Virus record (IMG/VR): IMGVR_UViG_3300021255_002694
From: a virus
Taxonomy: Duplodnaviria; Caudoviricetes
Length of the DNA: 64,000 bases
Strand: one strand, 5' to 3'
In this document: positions 19,155-29,497 of the stretch, piece by piece
Position numbering within the stretch: position 1 is the first letter of the stretch
How the letters are laid out: each line of letters starts with the position of its first letter
Notes under the pieces: model-generated
What the model was told of the DNA's origin: nothing
The model's input: the letters and a program-made list of their open reading frames with translations, nothing else
Database searches by the model: none
Position numbers and translations under genes: made by a program

Positions 19155-19463
19155 ATGAATAACTACTATATCTGGCTTGACGATGATGATACCAGAAAAC
19201 AACCAGAGTTTGATCATATTCATTTCCACAGCGTAAATGAAACAAAAAATTTCATTGAGAACAATAAAGGAATTTATACTCTTGACCTCGATCACGATTT
19301 AGGCGAGTATGCAACTGACGGTGGAGATGCTATTAAGTTGATTTACTGGTTGATTGAGAATGGGTATAATGAGAATACATATTATACTTTTATATTCAAT
19401 CTTCATACGATGAATCCTGTAGGTCGGGAGAATATGAAAGCAATGATCGAAAGATATTTCTGA
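19155..19463 (+). CDS. stand-alone phage receiver-like protein (cyclic-phosphate-processing receiver type)
   Basis: IWLDD ... LDLDHDLG ... HTMNPVGRENM motif pattern. Confidence 0.7.
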   Translation: MNNYYIWLDDDDTRKQPEFDHIHFHSVNETKNFIENNKGIYTLDLDHDLGEYATDGGDAIKLIYWLIENGYNENTYYTFIFNLHTMNPVGRENMKAMIERYF

Positions 19464-19478
19464 AAGTGAGGTACATAT

Positions 19479-19727
19479 ATGAACGGCAATTTTGAAATTT
19501 CAAAGGATGAGGTTCTTGAAATCCTCACAAAGACTGGTCGGTATGATACAGATGGTGTGAAGCATCTTCTTATCAATAAAGGTCTTGCTAGCACCTTGTC
19601 TGATATTATGGACGATCTTTCCTCTCTGGAAGAGCGTGTAAAGAAGTATGAGGAAGCATATAAGAATGTCGAAGATAGATATTTCGATCTTCTTAGAAGA
19701 ATGTACGATGAAGATGATGATGAGTGA
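19479..19727 (+). CDS. hypothetical coiled-coil protein
   Basis: GTGAGGT RBS, 82 aa. Confidence 0.65.
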   Translation: MNGNFEISKDEVLEILTKTGRYDTDGVKHLLINKGLASTLSDIMDDLSSLEERVKKYEEAYKNVEDRYFDLLRRMYDEDDDE

Positions 19728-19738
19728 GGTGATTCTCA

Positions 19739-19990
19739 ATGACAAAACAGAATATTGAAGATTTACTTAGAATTAGAAAAAGTGAAAACTACACTCAATC
19801 TGATATTGAATGCTACTGCGATGATCACGGAATTGACTATGATGCAGCATTTGAGATGCTGTGTATTGCAGAAGTGTTGCCTGAATGCTGTGTTGGGTGC
19901 AAGCATTCTGCATTCTATAGCAAACTCTCTACAATGTATCCTTGCAATCAGTGTGCAAGAATTATGAAGGATATGTATGAAAGTGAGTAA
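19739..19990 (+). CDS. hypothetical Cys-rich protein
   Basis: GAGGTG RBS; CxxCxH...CxxC. Confidence 0.65.
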   Translation: MTKQNIEDLLRIRKSENYTQSDIECYCDDHGIDYDAAFEMLCIAEVLPECCVGCKHSAFYSKLSTMYPCNQCARIMKDMYESE

Positions 19991-20042
19991 AATATCAAAA
20001 ATATTTTACTTTATATACAAAATTACTGTTTTGGGTGATTAT

Positions 20043-20816
20043 ATGAAACTGATGATTCTTGAAACATTCGGAGAGTCAAAAGCAAAGACTCCATTTGCCA
20101 ATCCGGAAAAGTCAAAAAAGATTAAGACATTTGCCATATTCACAGCAGAGAATAGAGATAAAAGAACAGATTATGATGCAGATGAAAACAGGGTGCTGAA
20201 TAGAAACCTTAAAATTGATCTTGCATATGATAAAGATGCTCAAAGAGCAAGATATTCAAAAGATAAAACAGATAAAGCTGTATCAAAACTTGCATCTAAT
20301 GGTATTTCGGCTAATGCTTTTGAAAAGAATTTACGTGCAGGACATTACCACTACTATAAAGTAAAAGGCAAATACGGTAACATTGAGCATAGTTTCATTG
20401 TATATAATATTACATTAGATGATGCAAAGAAGTTCTGTGAAAGATATGGGCAACAAGCATTTATCTATGGGTATAGTAATGACGGAAATTTGAAGTTTGA
20501 GATGTGGGCAAATAGAAGTAAAAGTGAATACTCTTTTTACAAGATTGATGAAAAAGATATATTCAATGTTGTAGATTCTGATGCAGAGGATTTCTATACT
20601 CAAATATCTCGTGATTATAAGATCAATATTCCATTTGAGGAATTTGAATTTGCACCTGATGACATGATCGAATCTATTGATCGTGTAAAAGAGGATCGCG
20701 GTTACTCTGATGAATCTGTAATGCACTTTATTGATGAATCTGTTGATGAGTCTATTTCTGGTAAGTATAGATACTTTGCAAGGGCAACACTTAATCATTA
20801 TTTCGATAATGAATAA
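20043..20816 (+). CDS. hypothetical protein with MKLMILE..GES leader
   Basis: GGGTGA RBS before ATG 20043; IFTAEN, KGKYGNIEHSF and YGQQAFIY segments. Confidence 0.7.
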   Translation: MKLMILETFGESKAKTPFANPEKSKKIKTFAIFTAENRDKRTDYDADENRVLNRNLKIDLAYDKDAQRARYSKDKTDKAVSKLASNGISANAFEKNLRAGHYHYYKVKGKYGNIEHSFIVYNITLDDAKKFCERYGQQAFIYGYSNDGNLKFEMWANRSKSEYSFYKIDEKDIFNVVDSDAEDFYTQISRDYKINIPFEEFEFAPDDMIESIDRVKEDRGYSDESVMHFIDESVDESISGKYRYFARATLNHYFDNE

Positions 20817-20897
20817 AAAAAATAAACTCTTTTATACTATAATGAATGTGCATATAGCACATAAAGCCGATAAAAAGAATATTTTAATTTGAAAGGA
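20813..20897 (+). promoter_or_regulatory. putative late-gene leader 5 (short hairpin)
   Basis: A-tract AAAAAATAAAC, TACTATAAT, ATGTGC/GCACAT hairpin, GAAAGGA. Confidence 0.55.
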
Positions 20898-20908
20898 AGT
20901 TTTATATT

Positions 20909-21742
20909 ATGATTACATATGATGAGTTTGTTGATAGACTTCGTGATGAAAATGATGCAACAGATATTGAACTTGCACTCATGCTGTTCTGTATTGAAGA
21001 TGAGTATGGAACTAATGATCTCGGTGAACCTGATTATGTAGCTGCTCTTGAAAACGAGGGTTACGATGAAGATGACGAGGAAGATACTCTTGATGGTGCA
21101 ATCGCAGAGGTTGCAACTGCTTTTCAAGTTGAAGCACAATCTTGGTCAAATAACTATTTTGAATGTAATGACTCAGAGTATTATGTTTTTGATAATTACG
21201 ATGATGCCGAAGAAGAAGCAAAGCAAGATGTTATCAACCTCATTGATGATATCGGATATTCTGGAATCAATGGTTGGGAAGATTATGTTGATGAAGATTG
21301 GTTTGAGGAAGCAATGCGTGAGTCTTATGAAGCCTATGCAGAGGACATTGAGAACGAATCTGATGATACATATGGGAATCGTCTTGTTCAGGAGTGTTAT
21401 GATGCCGATGTAATTGATGATGATGATTTTGAAACTGACGAAGATGGAGAACCAGACTACGAAAAATGTGTTCTTGATACAGATGAACTTATTGACAGAC
21501 TCGCAACCTATATTTGCGATGATAACATGAAGTATTATGGGTGTGCTTCTGCTTGGTATAGATCGGATTTCGGTGATGAGCAGTTTAGTGATGTTGTAAA
21601 GGCATATGATCTTGTAGATGTTGATAAGTATTCTGAATATTGTGTTGATGTTGATGGTGTTGCAAATTCTCTTGCACGATATGATGGAGAAGAGAATACA
21701 TTTGAGTTTGACGGAACTACATATTATATCTACAGAGCATAA
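20909..21742 (+). CDS. extremely acidic protein
   Basis: 277 aa dominated by D/E/Y, with almost no K/R. Confidence 0.8.
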   Translation: MITYDEFVDRLRDENDATDIELALMLFCIEDEYGTNDLGEPDYVAALENEGYDEDDEEDTLDGAIAEVATAFQVEAQSWSNNYFECNDSEYYVFDNYDDAEEEAKQDVINLIDDIGYSGINGWEDYVDEDWFEEAMRESYEAYAEDIENESDDTYGNRLVQECYDADVIDDDDFETDEDGEPDYEKCVLDTDELIDRLATYICDDNMKYYGCASAWYRSDFGDEQFSDVVKAYDLVDVDKYSEYCVDVDGVANSLARYDGEENTFEFDGTTYYIYRA

Positions 21743-21748
21743 AAAATT

Positions 21749-21792
21749 ATACACGATTCAGTTCAAGTAACTGGATCGTGTATTTTTTTTTT
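21749..21792 (+). terminator. intrinsic terminator
   Basis: ATACACGATTCAGTT / AACTGGATCGTGTAT plus a long T-run. Confidence 0.85.
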
Positions 21793-21803
21793 GCCGTCAA
21801 CAC

Positions 21804-21832
21804 TTGACATTTACATCTGTTTATGCTATACT
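21804..21832 (+). promoter_or_regulatory. early promoter
   Basis: TTGACA-17-TATACT with TG extension. Confidence 0.88.
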
Positions 21833-21872
21833 ATATATGAGGTTTTATTTTCAACATGAAAGGAGTATAGTG

Positions 21873-22496
21873 ATGATCATAAACATTGATATTGACAACA
21901 CGGTGAATGACTTTATTGAAAAATTTGTTTTTTATCTTAATGGTGTTCAGTCAAGATTAGAGCCTATAAGTTATACATTCTATAACCCAAGTCCTGAAAT
22001 TAACACAGAAGATATTACAAACTATAGGTTGAAGATTTCGACAGGCGTTAGCGATGAAGTTCTTGAAACATTATTTTTCAGAAATAATGCTTTTTATGAA
22101 ACACTAGAGCCGCTAGAAAATGCTGTTGAAACAATAAAGGAATTAGTTGAGTGTGGTAACACTGTTCGATTTGTAACAGCAATAAGATATGATGTTGTTC
22201 AAGCCAGAATAGACTTCATTAAAAAATACTTCCCGTTTATTGATCCTGATACTCAACTAATTGTAACAAATAACAAAGAAGCTATCTATGCTGATATTGT
22301 AATTGATGACTGTCTTGATAATTTGAAAAATGTAAATAAGGATTGTCGGTATATTGTTTTCAGTCAGCCTTGGAATAAAAATGTACATGAACTTCCGGCT
22401 GTAGGATATCCAATAGCATTAAGGTGTTCAAATTGGTATGAAGTACATTCTACTTTACGACGTTTATATGCTTTTAGAGGTGTTGAAAATGAATGA
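21873..22496 (+). CDS. 5'(3')-deoxyribonucleotidase, HAD superfamily
   Basis: IDIDNTV (DxDxT), FVTA, ADIVIDD, SQPWN. Confidence 0.8.
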   Translation: MIINIDIDNTVNDFIEKFVFYLNGVQSRLEPISYTFYNPSPEINTEDITNYRLKISTGVSDEVLETLFFRNNAFYETLEPLENAVETIKELVECGNTVRFVTAIRYDVVQARIDFIKKYFPFIDPDTQLIVTNNKEAIYADIVIDDCLDNLKNVNKDCRYIVFSQPWNKNVHELPAVGYPIALRCSNWYEVHSTLRRLYAFRGVENE

Positions 22497-22791
22497 TTCA
22501 ATATCTAAGAGACTTGTTTTAGATCATTCAAATATGAGACTTCGTGTTGGAGATGTTGTAAAACATTTCAAGCGCGAGAATTTGAATGAATATGATGATC
22601 AGCTAAAATATCTTTACAAGATTCTATACTGCGGATTTGATACAACAAATCATGTAGAGATTGTTGTATATGTTCCTCTGTATGATACCGAGTATGATGT
22701 ATTTGTAAGATCAGCAGATGAATTTTTTGCAAAGGTTGATAAGAAGAAATATCCGGAAATAAAGCAAGAATATGTGTTTGAAAAGGTGTGA
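22489..22791 (+). CDS. DUF1653-family protein
   Basis: VKHFKR..YLYKI..VVY..LY..FVRS..EF..VDKKKYP..KQEY.FE. Confidence 0.75.
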   Translation: MNDSISKRLVLDHSNMRLRVGDVVKHFKRENLNEYDDQLKYLYKILYCGFDTTNHVEIVVYVPLYDTEYDVFVRSADEFFAKVDKKKYPEIKQEYVFEKV

Positions 22792-23404
22792 TCTTAATGT
22801 TAAGCAATCCTAAAGGTGAGAAAGAGAATAGTGCAGATCAAGATGTAAATATATCAAGCGATAAGATATATAATGCAATGCTTGAAAATCTTGATGTAAA
22901 AGAGATATTTAAGCTGTGTAGGCAAGTAACAGAGAAATATCCTGATACAGATAAAGAACTGTATAATTGGTTTCATGACGAATCCAATATAGGTGGTGAA
23001 AAGAACATTGACAAGTTATGATAGTTCTAAACGCATAGAACCTATGATCACAGTAGATGATACACATTATTTTGATATAGATTACATTGTTCGTCTACTG
23101 CGAGATATGCAAAGCGGCAGATATTCTACAGTTGAGTGTGAAAAAGAATATATCTGTATTGAAAATATAATTCAATGCTTGCGTACACAGGAACAATTCT
23201 TATCCAGAAATTATTGGATTGGCGGTGGTGATCATGATGACACTTGATGAAGCTATTGAGCATCTTGAAGAAACCTTGATGAACAGTGATCATAAATGGT
23301 CATGTGCCGAATGTAAATCGGAACACGAGCAGCTTTTGAAGTGGCTGATTGAATTGAAACAAAGGAGATCGAAAGATGATAAAACCAGCACAGCTATATC
23401 GTGA
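22788..23404 (+). CDS. three small overlapping hypothetical ORFs (about 22788..23021, 22993..23247, 23219..23404)
   Basis: Tightly packed + strand ORFs with RBSs; exact starts uncertain. Confidence 0.55.
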
Positions 23405-23933
23405 TGAAATATCAAGAAAAATGATAGATACGTGGTATGACGAAAAGTACATGTACTATTATGACACATCTGGAAAGCATGAAAATACTATTCCAGATAA
23501 CTGTAACTATCAGAGACATTTTGCATCTATTGATAAGAATGGAAATTTGATAGGATATATCGGCTATTCTTTCGATGATTATAGTGGATATGCTAAATGG
23601 TTTGGAATACTTAGTTTTACAGATGAACCGAACCATGAATTCGGACTTGATGTTCTGCGTGTATTTGATGATATTTTTTACAAATTTAGTATGAATAGAA
23701 TTGAGTTTTCTGCTTTTGCAGATAATCCGGCAATAAAGTCATACAGATCATTTATAAAGAGATATGGCGGTAAAGAGGTTTGTACACTACGGGAGACAAA
23801 CAGACTTATGGATGGACGAATGCATGATTCGGTCATTTTTGAAATACTCTACCAAGACTTAGTATGGCTTGATTCAGAGGGAATTTCTAAAATGCATCAT
23901 GATCGTGAACATTTCGATAACTTAAAGGAGTAA
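23376..23933 (+). CDS. GNAT (RimJ/RimL-like) acetyltransferase
   Basis: GNLIGYIG, MNRIEF, DNPAIKSY..F..YG, DG..HDSVIFEIL. Confidence 0.65.
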   Translation: MIKPAQLYRDEISRKMIDTWYDEKYMYYYDTSGKHENTIPDNCNYQRHFASIDKNGNLIGYIGYSFDDYSGYAKWFGILSFTDEPNHEFGLDVLRVFDDIFYKFSMNRIEFSAFADNPAIKSYRSFIKRYGGKEVCTLRETNRLMDGRMHDSVIFEILYQDLVWLDSEGISKMHHDREHFDNLKE

Positions 23934-23938
23934 CTTAT

Positions 23939-24592
23939 ATGCTTAGTGTTGGAGATATTAAAGACATTGAAAGAATTGCATCAAACAGAGGTTCTATTCT
24001 ATGCGATAAAACAATTAAAGGGATGATTAGAACTGGTAAACTTGTTAAGACTGATGCTGTTGACATGAAAGAAGTATTCTCTTATTCCGGAATAGAATTA
24101 TCAGATATTCCATGTGAACTGAACGATAGCATTCAGCCAGCAAGTTTTGATATTAAAATCGGAAGATCGTTTACAGTTGTATCAAATGTCACAAACAACG
24201 GAGTTATCGAATTTGATACACCGATTGAATATAAGACTATGGAATGTGATTCTTATTTACTCTTGCCGAAACAGTTTGTTCTTGCTACAACTCAGGAGTA
24301 TTTTATTCTACCTGACAATATTACTGCGTTTGTTGAGGGTAGATCATCAATCGGCAGACTTGGACTATTTATTCAAAACGCCGGATGGGTTGATCCTGGA
24401 TTTGAGGGGCAGATTACACTTGAACTTTTTAATGCAAGTAATTTTGCAATCAATATTAAATCCGGTTCAAGAGTAGGTCAGTTAGTATTTGCAAGAATGG
24501 ATCATGCTGCTGAAAATCCATATAGAGGTAAATATCAAGGTCAGACTGGTGCAACTGGTTCGATGATCTATAAAGATTTTGAGAAAGGTTGA
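23939..24592 (+). CDS. dcd: dCTP deaminase
   Basis: IQPASFDI, EGRSSIGRLGL, AGWVDPGFEGQITLEL, YRGKYQGQ. Confidence 0.92.
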   Translation: MLSVGDIKDIERIASNRGSILCDKTIKGMIRTGKLVKTDAVDMKEVFSYSGIELSDIPCELNDSIQPASFDIKIGRSFTVVSNVTNNGVIEFDTPIEYKTMECDSYLLLPKQFVLATTQEYFILPDNITAFVEGRSSIGRLGLFIQNAGWVDPGFEGQITLELFNASNFAINIKSGSRVGQLVFARMDHAAENPYRGKYQGQTGATGSMIYKDFEKG

Positions 24593-24599
24593 TTTTTTT

Positions 24600-25610
24600 A
24601 TGAGTAACGATATTAAACATGATGATAAGTGCTGTGAAACATGCCTAAATAGAGCATCTTTTTCTAATGGTAAGCAAATGTGCTGTAAAGATTGCTATGA
24701 AGATTTAAGAACATATGACATTCCAAAAGAACTTCCAGATGAACATGTATGTGATAAGTATTCTCCTGACATTGCAAATAATCCAAATCTTAGAGAACCT
24801 AAACCAGACACAGAGATTTCAGGATTCATGAGTATTTTTCATGAAATAGAAAATACAGATGATATTCCATGTAAAGACGGATGCACTTGTCATGAATGCG
24901 ATTATTTTACTAAAGAAGATAATAGATTTATGATTGACGGAGTGTGCGGTTACTACGGAATTTATCTATATGATTTCGCAAAGAACTCTGCTTGTCAGCA
25001 CTTCAAACAAAATTGTTGTGATGATAACAGTAGTGATGATACAAACAGCACAGCAGAGCCTTATGATTCCTATTTCAAATCATTTGAGGCTATAAATTCT
25101 GATAGAACAGACGAAGAACTTGCAGATCATTATGATAGCATTGATGCAATGTTTAAGAAAGATGTTAAATTAGATAATCCTGATTATAGTGAAGCATGTC
25201 AGCACTATGTTGGGAGAGATAAGGTGCATGAGGAAAAGCATTTTTGTTCTGAGTGTATTTTCTGTGCAGGGATAGAACCTGATGAAAATGATCAAAAAAC
25301 AATGTATTGGGCTTATACGTGGAAGTGTCTTAAAACAAATCTAACACTTCATAGTCCAGACGAATGTGAAGTCTGTGATAAGTTTGTTTCAAAAGAAGAT
25401 GCTGAATACAATAATTACTTGAAAGCAATCGAGAAACCTCCGCTTGGTATTAAGCCACCATATGTTTTTGCATCCGAAAGAATTTCAGATATCTGTGAAG
25501 CAATTTTAAGACTGAATAAAGAGTCAGTTGTTGCTGATACAGATACTATTAGATCATATGCATCTGAACTCTGCGCAATTAGTGATTATCTTGATGCATG
25601 TTTGAGGTGA
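24600..25610 (+). CDS. Cys-rich hypothetical protein with repeated CxxC..C modules
   Basis: Several CxxCxxF...C...CxxF units; C-terminal KPPLGIKP. Confidence 0.7.
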   Translation: MSNDIKHDDKCCETCLNRASFSNGKQMCCKDCYEDLRTYDIPKELPDEHVCDKYSPDIANNPNLREPKPDTEISGFMSIFHEIENTDDIPCKDGCTCHECDYFTKEDNRFMIDGVCGYYGIYLYDFAKNSACQHFKQNCCDDNSSDDTNSTAEPYDSYFKSFEAINSDRTDEELADHYDSIDAMFKKDVKLDNPDYSEACQHYVGRDKVHEEKHFCSECIFCAGIEPDENDQKTMYWAYTWKCLKTNLTLHSPDECEVCDKFVSKEDAEYNNYLKAIEKPPLGIKPPYVFASERISDICEAILRLNKESVVADTDTIRSYASELCAISDYLDACLR

Positions 25611-25620
25611 GGTGTTTTAC

Positions 25621-26352
25621 ATGTTATATGATGAAGAAGATTACGGTTTCTTTAATGATGATTCAGAACTTTATGAACTTGATAAGTTAATTTATGATTT
25701 CAAGCAGTCATTAAAGGAATCTGTTAAGGATGAAATTAAAGAAAAAATTAAGTCGCTAGAAAACGAACTTGCTGAATTAAAAGAGTTTAGAGACATGAAA
25801 GATAGTTATGATCGTGATATGCAAGAACTAAAGTTTCAACTTGATCAAACGAAAAAGTCTATCGAAGAACGTGCGGCACGTATGCGTATATCTGATGTGC
25901 TACTAACATTGAAAAAGGAAACATGGGTTCCAGACTGCAAGTGGAAATATATAAAGAAGAAGTGTGATAAGTGTGATGATAGCAGAACGCTTCGATTCAA
26001 GTCTCCACTTGGAAAAGAACTTAGCGAGAGATGTTCGTGTTCTGTTCAGATTCCGGTGCATTTTCCGGCTCAAGCATTTTTAATTGAAATTGACAATGAT
26101 GATTTTTACAAGAATATGCAGTCTGAACTTCCAAGCACAAAACTTAGTTACATCTCTGTTTTTGACATTGATCATGATTCAGATGGAAATTACCGTTTTA
26201 AGCATTGCACTCTGTATAACGGTGAGGATTTTAGTAAGTTGCCATCATCAAGCATATACTTTAGAGATCGTGAAGATTGTGAACGATACTGCAAGTGGCT
26301 TAACGATAAGTACATCAGAGAGAATAAAATTGAGGTTGAGGTGGAATTATGA
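25621..26352 (+). CDS. hypothetical coiled-coil/Zn-finger phage protein
   Basis: Coiled coil, then KCDKCD..R...SPLG...E.C.C. Confidence 0.7.
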   Translation: MLYDEEDYGFFNDDSELYELDKLIYDFKQSLKESVKDEIKEKIKSLENELAELKEFRDMKDSYDRDMQELKFQLDQTKKSIEERAARMRISDVLLTLKKETWVPDCKWKYIKKKCDKCDDSRTLRFKSPLGKELSERCSCSVQIPVHFPAQAFLIEIDNDDFYKNMQSELPSTKLSYISVFDIDHDSDGNYRFKHCTLYNGEDFSKLPSSSIYFRDREDCERYCKWLNDKYIRENKIEVEVEL

Positions 26353-27557
26353 AAGGAACTATCATATTTGTATCAAATGAAACTAAACTAGAGAATTTGA
26401 ATGATGGTGTGTTGAAAGCTGTTGAAACATATTCTGGTAAGTGTGCCGGAATATGTTACATGAAAGATGAGTATTTTGGCACAAATGTTTCAGACGATAA
26501 AAAGGCATATAACCGATTTGTGTCAGTGTCTCCGACAGGACATCACAGTATTTCAGATCACAGTTTCGTTACAGTTTTATTTGAGAGAATACCAAAAATT
26601 ACCGCAATGCTCTTAAATAGTCTCGGATTTTATAACACATCTGAGAAAAGCGGCAGATATACTGTCATGAAAAGCGAAGGATATGAACGAAATTATATCT
26701 TGTATGGCGCATGGAGAGGTATTTTTTCAAACTTGATTAAAGAGAATTATCCTGATCTTGATGATAAACTCGTTGAAAAACTTTCACTTGAAAATGCAAG
26801 ATATATGCTAAGTGTATTTGCACCGAGTACCACTATGGCATACACAACTTCAATTAGAATGTGGAGTTATATTAGAACTGAGTGTGAAAGATACATTGAG
26901 TTGTGCAGTAATACACTAAATGATACACCATTCAATGAACAGTTGTTAAAGTGCGTTAAAGACCTACATGCAATACTTGATGATATGCATTTGTACTCTG
27001 ATTCCATTATTGAAAATAAGGGTAGAGAGTTTAATTTCCTTGCAAAGCAAACGTCATTTAATATTTGGGAAGCTGATGAATCATATTCAGAAGCATACCT
27101 TATCAGATATAAAGAATCATTTGGCGCACTTGCACAGGAACAGAGACATAGAACAATTCAATATTTCATGTGTTTTGACGGCTCTGGAACAATTAAATAC
27201 TATGTTCCTAAGATTTTGCGTGATACGACATATGAAAAAGAATGGATTTCTGATCTACATAGTGTTGGAGAATCTTTCCCAATCGCAACACTTGTTGATG
27301 TTGTTGAAACAGGTCTTATTACAGATTTCATGTATAAGTGTGATGAAAGACTTTGCGGCAGAGTACAGCTTGAAACAATGGATAATGTCAGAACCAATCT
27401 ATTGAAATTTGCTAGAAGTTGGCATAAGTCTCCGTTCTTCACAAACCAAATTCAGAAACATTTTAGAGATGGAAAAATTGTGATGAAGTGCGGAAATATT
27501 AAATGTCAAGAACCTTGTGTATGGGGCGCAATTAAGGCGCAAGAACGACTTATTTGA
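26349..27557 (+). CDS. thyX: flavin-dependent thymidylate synthase-like (long ThyX type)
   Basis: GHHSISDH, SEKSGRYT, ENARYML, AQEQRHRT, RLCGRVQLE. Confidence 0.75.
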   Translation: MKGTIIFVSNETKLENLNDGVLKAVETYSGKCAGICYMKDEYFGTNVSDDKKAYNRFVSVSPTGHHSISDHSFVTVLFERIPKITAMLLNSLGFYNTSEKSGRYTVMKSEGYERNYILYGAWRGIFSNLIKENYPDLDDKLVEKLSLENARYMLSVFAPSTTMAYTTSIRMWSYIRTECERYIELCSNTLNDTPFNEQLLKCVKDLHAILDDMHLYSDSIIENKGREFNFLAKQTSFNIWEADESYSEAYLIRYKESFGALAQEQRHRTIQYFMCFDGSGTIKYYVPKILRDTTYEKEWISDLHSVGESFPIATLVDVVETGLITDFMYKCDERLCGRVQLETMDNVRTNLLKFARSWHKSPFFTNQIQKHFRDGKIVMKCGNIKCQEPCVWGAIKAQERLI

Positions 27558-27589
27558 TAATAATACACAAAAATATAACATAAAATATG

Positions 27590-27625
27590 TAAGACCTCAC
27601 AAATTAAGCGTGAGGTCTTATTTTT
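27590..27625 (+). terminator. intrinsic terminator
   Basis: TAAGACCTCAC / GTGAGGTCTTA plus TTTTT. Confidence 0.82.
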
Positions 27626-27638
27626 ATTCCGAAACATA

Positions 27639-27667
27639 TTGACTTTATAATTTATTTATGATATACT
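27639..27667 (+). promoter_or_regulatory. early promoter
   Basis: TTGACT-17-TATACT with TG extension. Confidence 0.8.
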
Positions 27668-27718
27668 ATGAATAGGAACTTTTATTTTCGGCACTTACTA
27701 TTTGAGGTAATTGTTTAT

Positions 27719-28159
27719 ATGAAAGATTTTTTCAAGACTTTGTGGAATACTGATGCTGGTAAAGCATTTCGCAAATATCATGACTATAGATACAAACAGC
27801 CAGATCATTATATAGAATGCCCATATTGCGGAATTAGTCAGGATGTCAGAAGAGTTTTTTCAGAAGATGGATCGACCTTCGATGAGATTGTATTTCCAAC
27901 AATGCTTGTTGGTAATGTAATATTCTACATATCGAATATTGACAAATACGCTATGTGGTGCAAATGCTTAAACAGCGAGTGCAATGCTCATTTTTATATA
28001 GTATATGACAATGGCTGTTTATATCTTGTCGATTCGAGTGATGTTAATTATCATTTTCTGTATACATCTCAAAACGGATTCTTTATAAAAGTAAAGGATA
28101 GGTGTTTGTTAGAGGGCATATCAAATGGACGTAAATATCGAAATGGAGAGATAGAATGA
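27719..28159 (+). CDS. hypothetical Zn-ribbon protein
   Basis: GAGGT RBS; CPYCG...C.C....C. Confidence 0.65.
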   Translation: MKDFFKTLWNTDAGKAFRKYHDYRYKQPDHYIECPYCGISQDVRRVFSEDGSTFDEIVFPTMLVGNVIFYISNIDKYAMWCKCLNSECNAHFYIVYDNGCLYLVDSSDVNYHFLYTSQNGFFIKVKDRCLLEGISNGRKYRNGEIE

Positions 28160-28254
28160 AATTAGACATTCTAAGCAATCAAAAGTAATATGTTTGTCAT
28201 AGATACAGACTAGATATAATCTAGGAATAAGATTGTTAAGTTTGGGGTTAAATA

Positions 28255-28845
28255 ATGATGAAAGCAAAGGAAAAATTCGTTGAACTAGATTCAATGTATT
28301 TAGGTCTTATTGCATATATTAAAAAAGTATCAAATGCTTATATAAATAGATTTGGCAACAATTCAATAGCTGTTTATTCTGTAAAAGACCTAACCGATAA
28401 TTGCTCTAGTTTCAATATAATGAATTTTTGGAAATACGGAACAAAAATTAAAAAGTGTGATTCTCCGCCGCAGTATTTATTTGATTATATGAAGGAATAT
28501 AATATCCCAGATATAAATGATGTTATTTCATTTCTAAAAGAACATGATCCTAAATCATTATATAATCCATATTGTTTCAGTTGTAAGTATTTTGATATAT
28601 ACCCAAAAGTAAAATATAATAATAAATCGGTTCTATGCTTTTATCCCTCTTTTGTTGACGGAACAAGATTTAGTTGGACACCGCTAGGAAGCATTGTGAA
28701 AGATATGTTCGAGGAAGATAAATTAGACATTCAGTTAGAAGATGCTTATGCATTAAAAAGAGATGGGAAACTTTTACAGATTCAGGATAACATTTCTATG
28801 CTTTATGAAATGGAAAATTTGAGAGAAAGGATAGAGAGTATTTAA
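28255..28845 (+). CDS. hypothetical protein
   Basis: 196-aa ORF. Confidence 0.65.
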   Translation: MMKAKEKFVELDSMYLGLIAYIKKVSNAYINRFGNNSIAVYSVKDLTDNCSSFNIMNFWKYGTKIKKCDSPPQYLFDYMKEYNIPDINDVISFLKEHDPKSLYNPYCFSCKYFDIYPKVKYNNKSVLCFYPSFVDGTRFSWTPLGSIVKDMFEEDKLDIQLEDAYALKRDGKLLQIQDNISMLYEMENLRERIESI

Positions 28846-28933
28846 AAATGATTAAGTTGACATATGAGGGACTATCAATAGAAAATGATAAAGTTGTATA
28901 CAATACAGATGCAGATAGTCCTAATGACGTAAT

Positions 28934-29497
28934 GTGAAATTTATATTTTTACTCTTATTGGTAAGGAGTGAGTTTGAAGTGGTAACTCTGTCAGAAGCAT
29001 TTAGAGACTACATGAACAGTGGTAGACAAATTATAGGCGGCGGAGTAAATATGTTTGGAGAAGAATATATAATGAGAAGAGGTACACCAGATACCCACAA
29101 AAGAATCAAAGAATATTTTGATAATAAAACAGGAGATGATAATATGTTTGGAGAAGAGTATGCAAACGGAATCCCGGTTACAGACAACGAAAAATTGAAT
29201 GATTTTCTGAAAGGAAAAGTAAAAGGAATTATCAATGCACCTATTTATGATAGAGAGTATTTCAAAGTAGGCGACGTAGTAAGAGTAACACCATCAGAAA
29301 AACTGCAATATAAAGTCAGCGGTTGGCAGTCAAGACCAGCTACACCATTCAATGCGATCATTATTGATGTTATTCCGGAAAAACTGATGATCGTTTATTA
29401 CTCACCAAGTACAAGAAAACTCTGCGGAAGATATGCGATTCCGGCAGAGTGGGTAAATGATGGTTTCATTAAAATTGATAAGATAATGGAGGCATGA
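28934..29497 (+). CDS. hypothetical protein with duplicated MFGEEY segment (true start probably downstream)
   Basis: ORF track; near-identical AATATGTTTGGAGAAGA at about 29049 and 29141. Confidence 0.6.
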   Translation: MKFIFLLLLVRSEFEVVTLSEAFRDYMNSGRQIIGGGVNMFGEEYIMRRGTPDTHKRIKEYFDNKTGDDNMFGEEYANGIPVTDNEKLNDFLKGKVKGIINAPIYDREYFKVGDVVRVTPSEKLQYKVSGWQSRPATPFNAIIIDVIPEKLMIVYYSPSTRKLCGRYAIPAEWVNDGFIKIDKIMEA

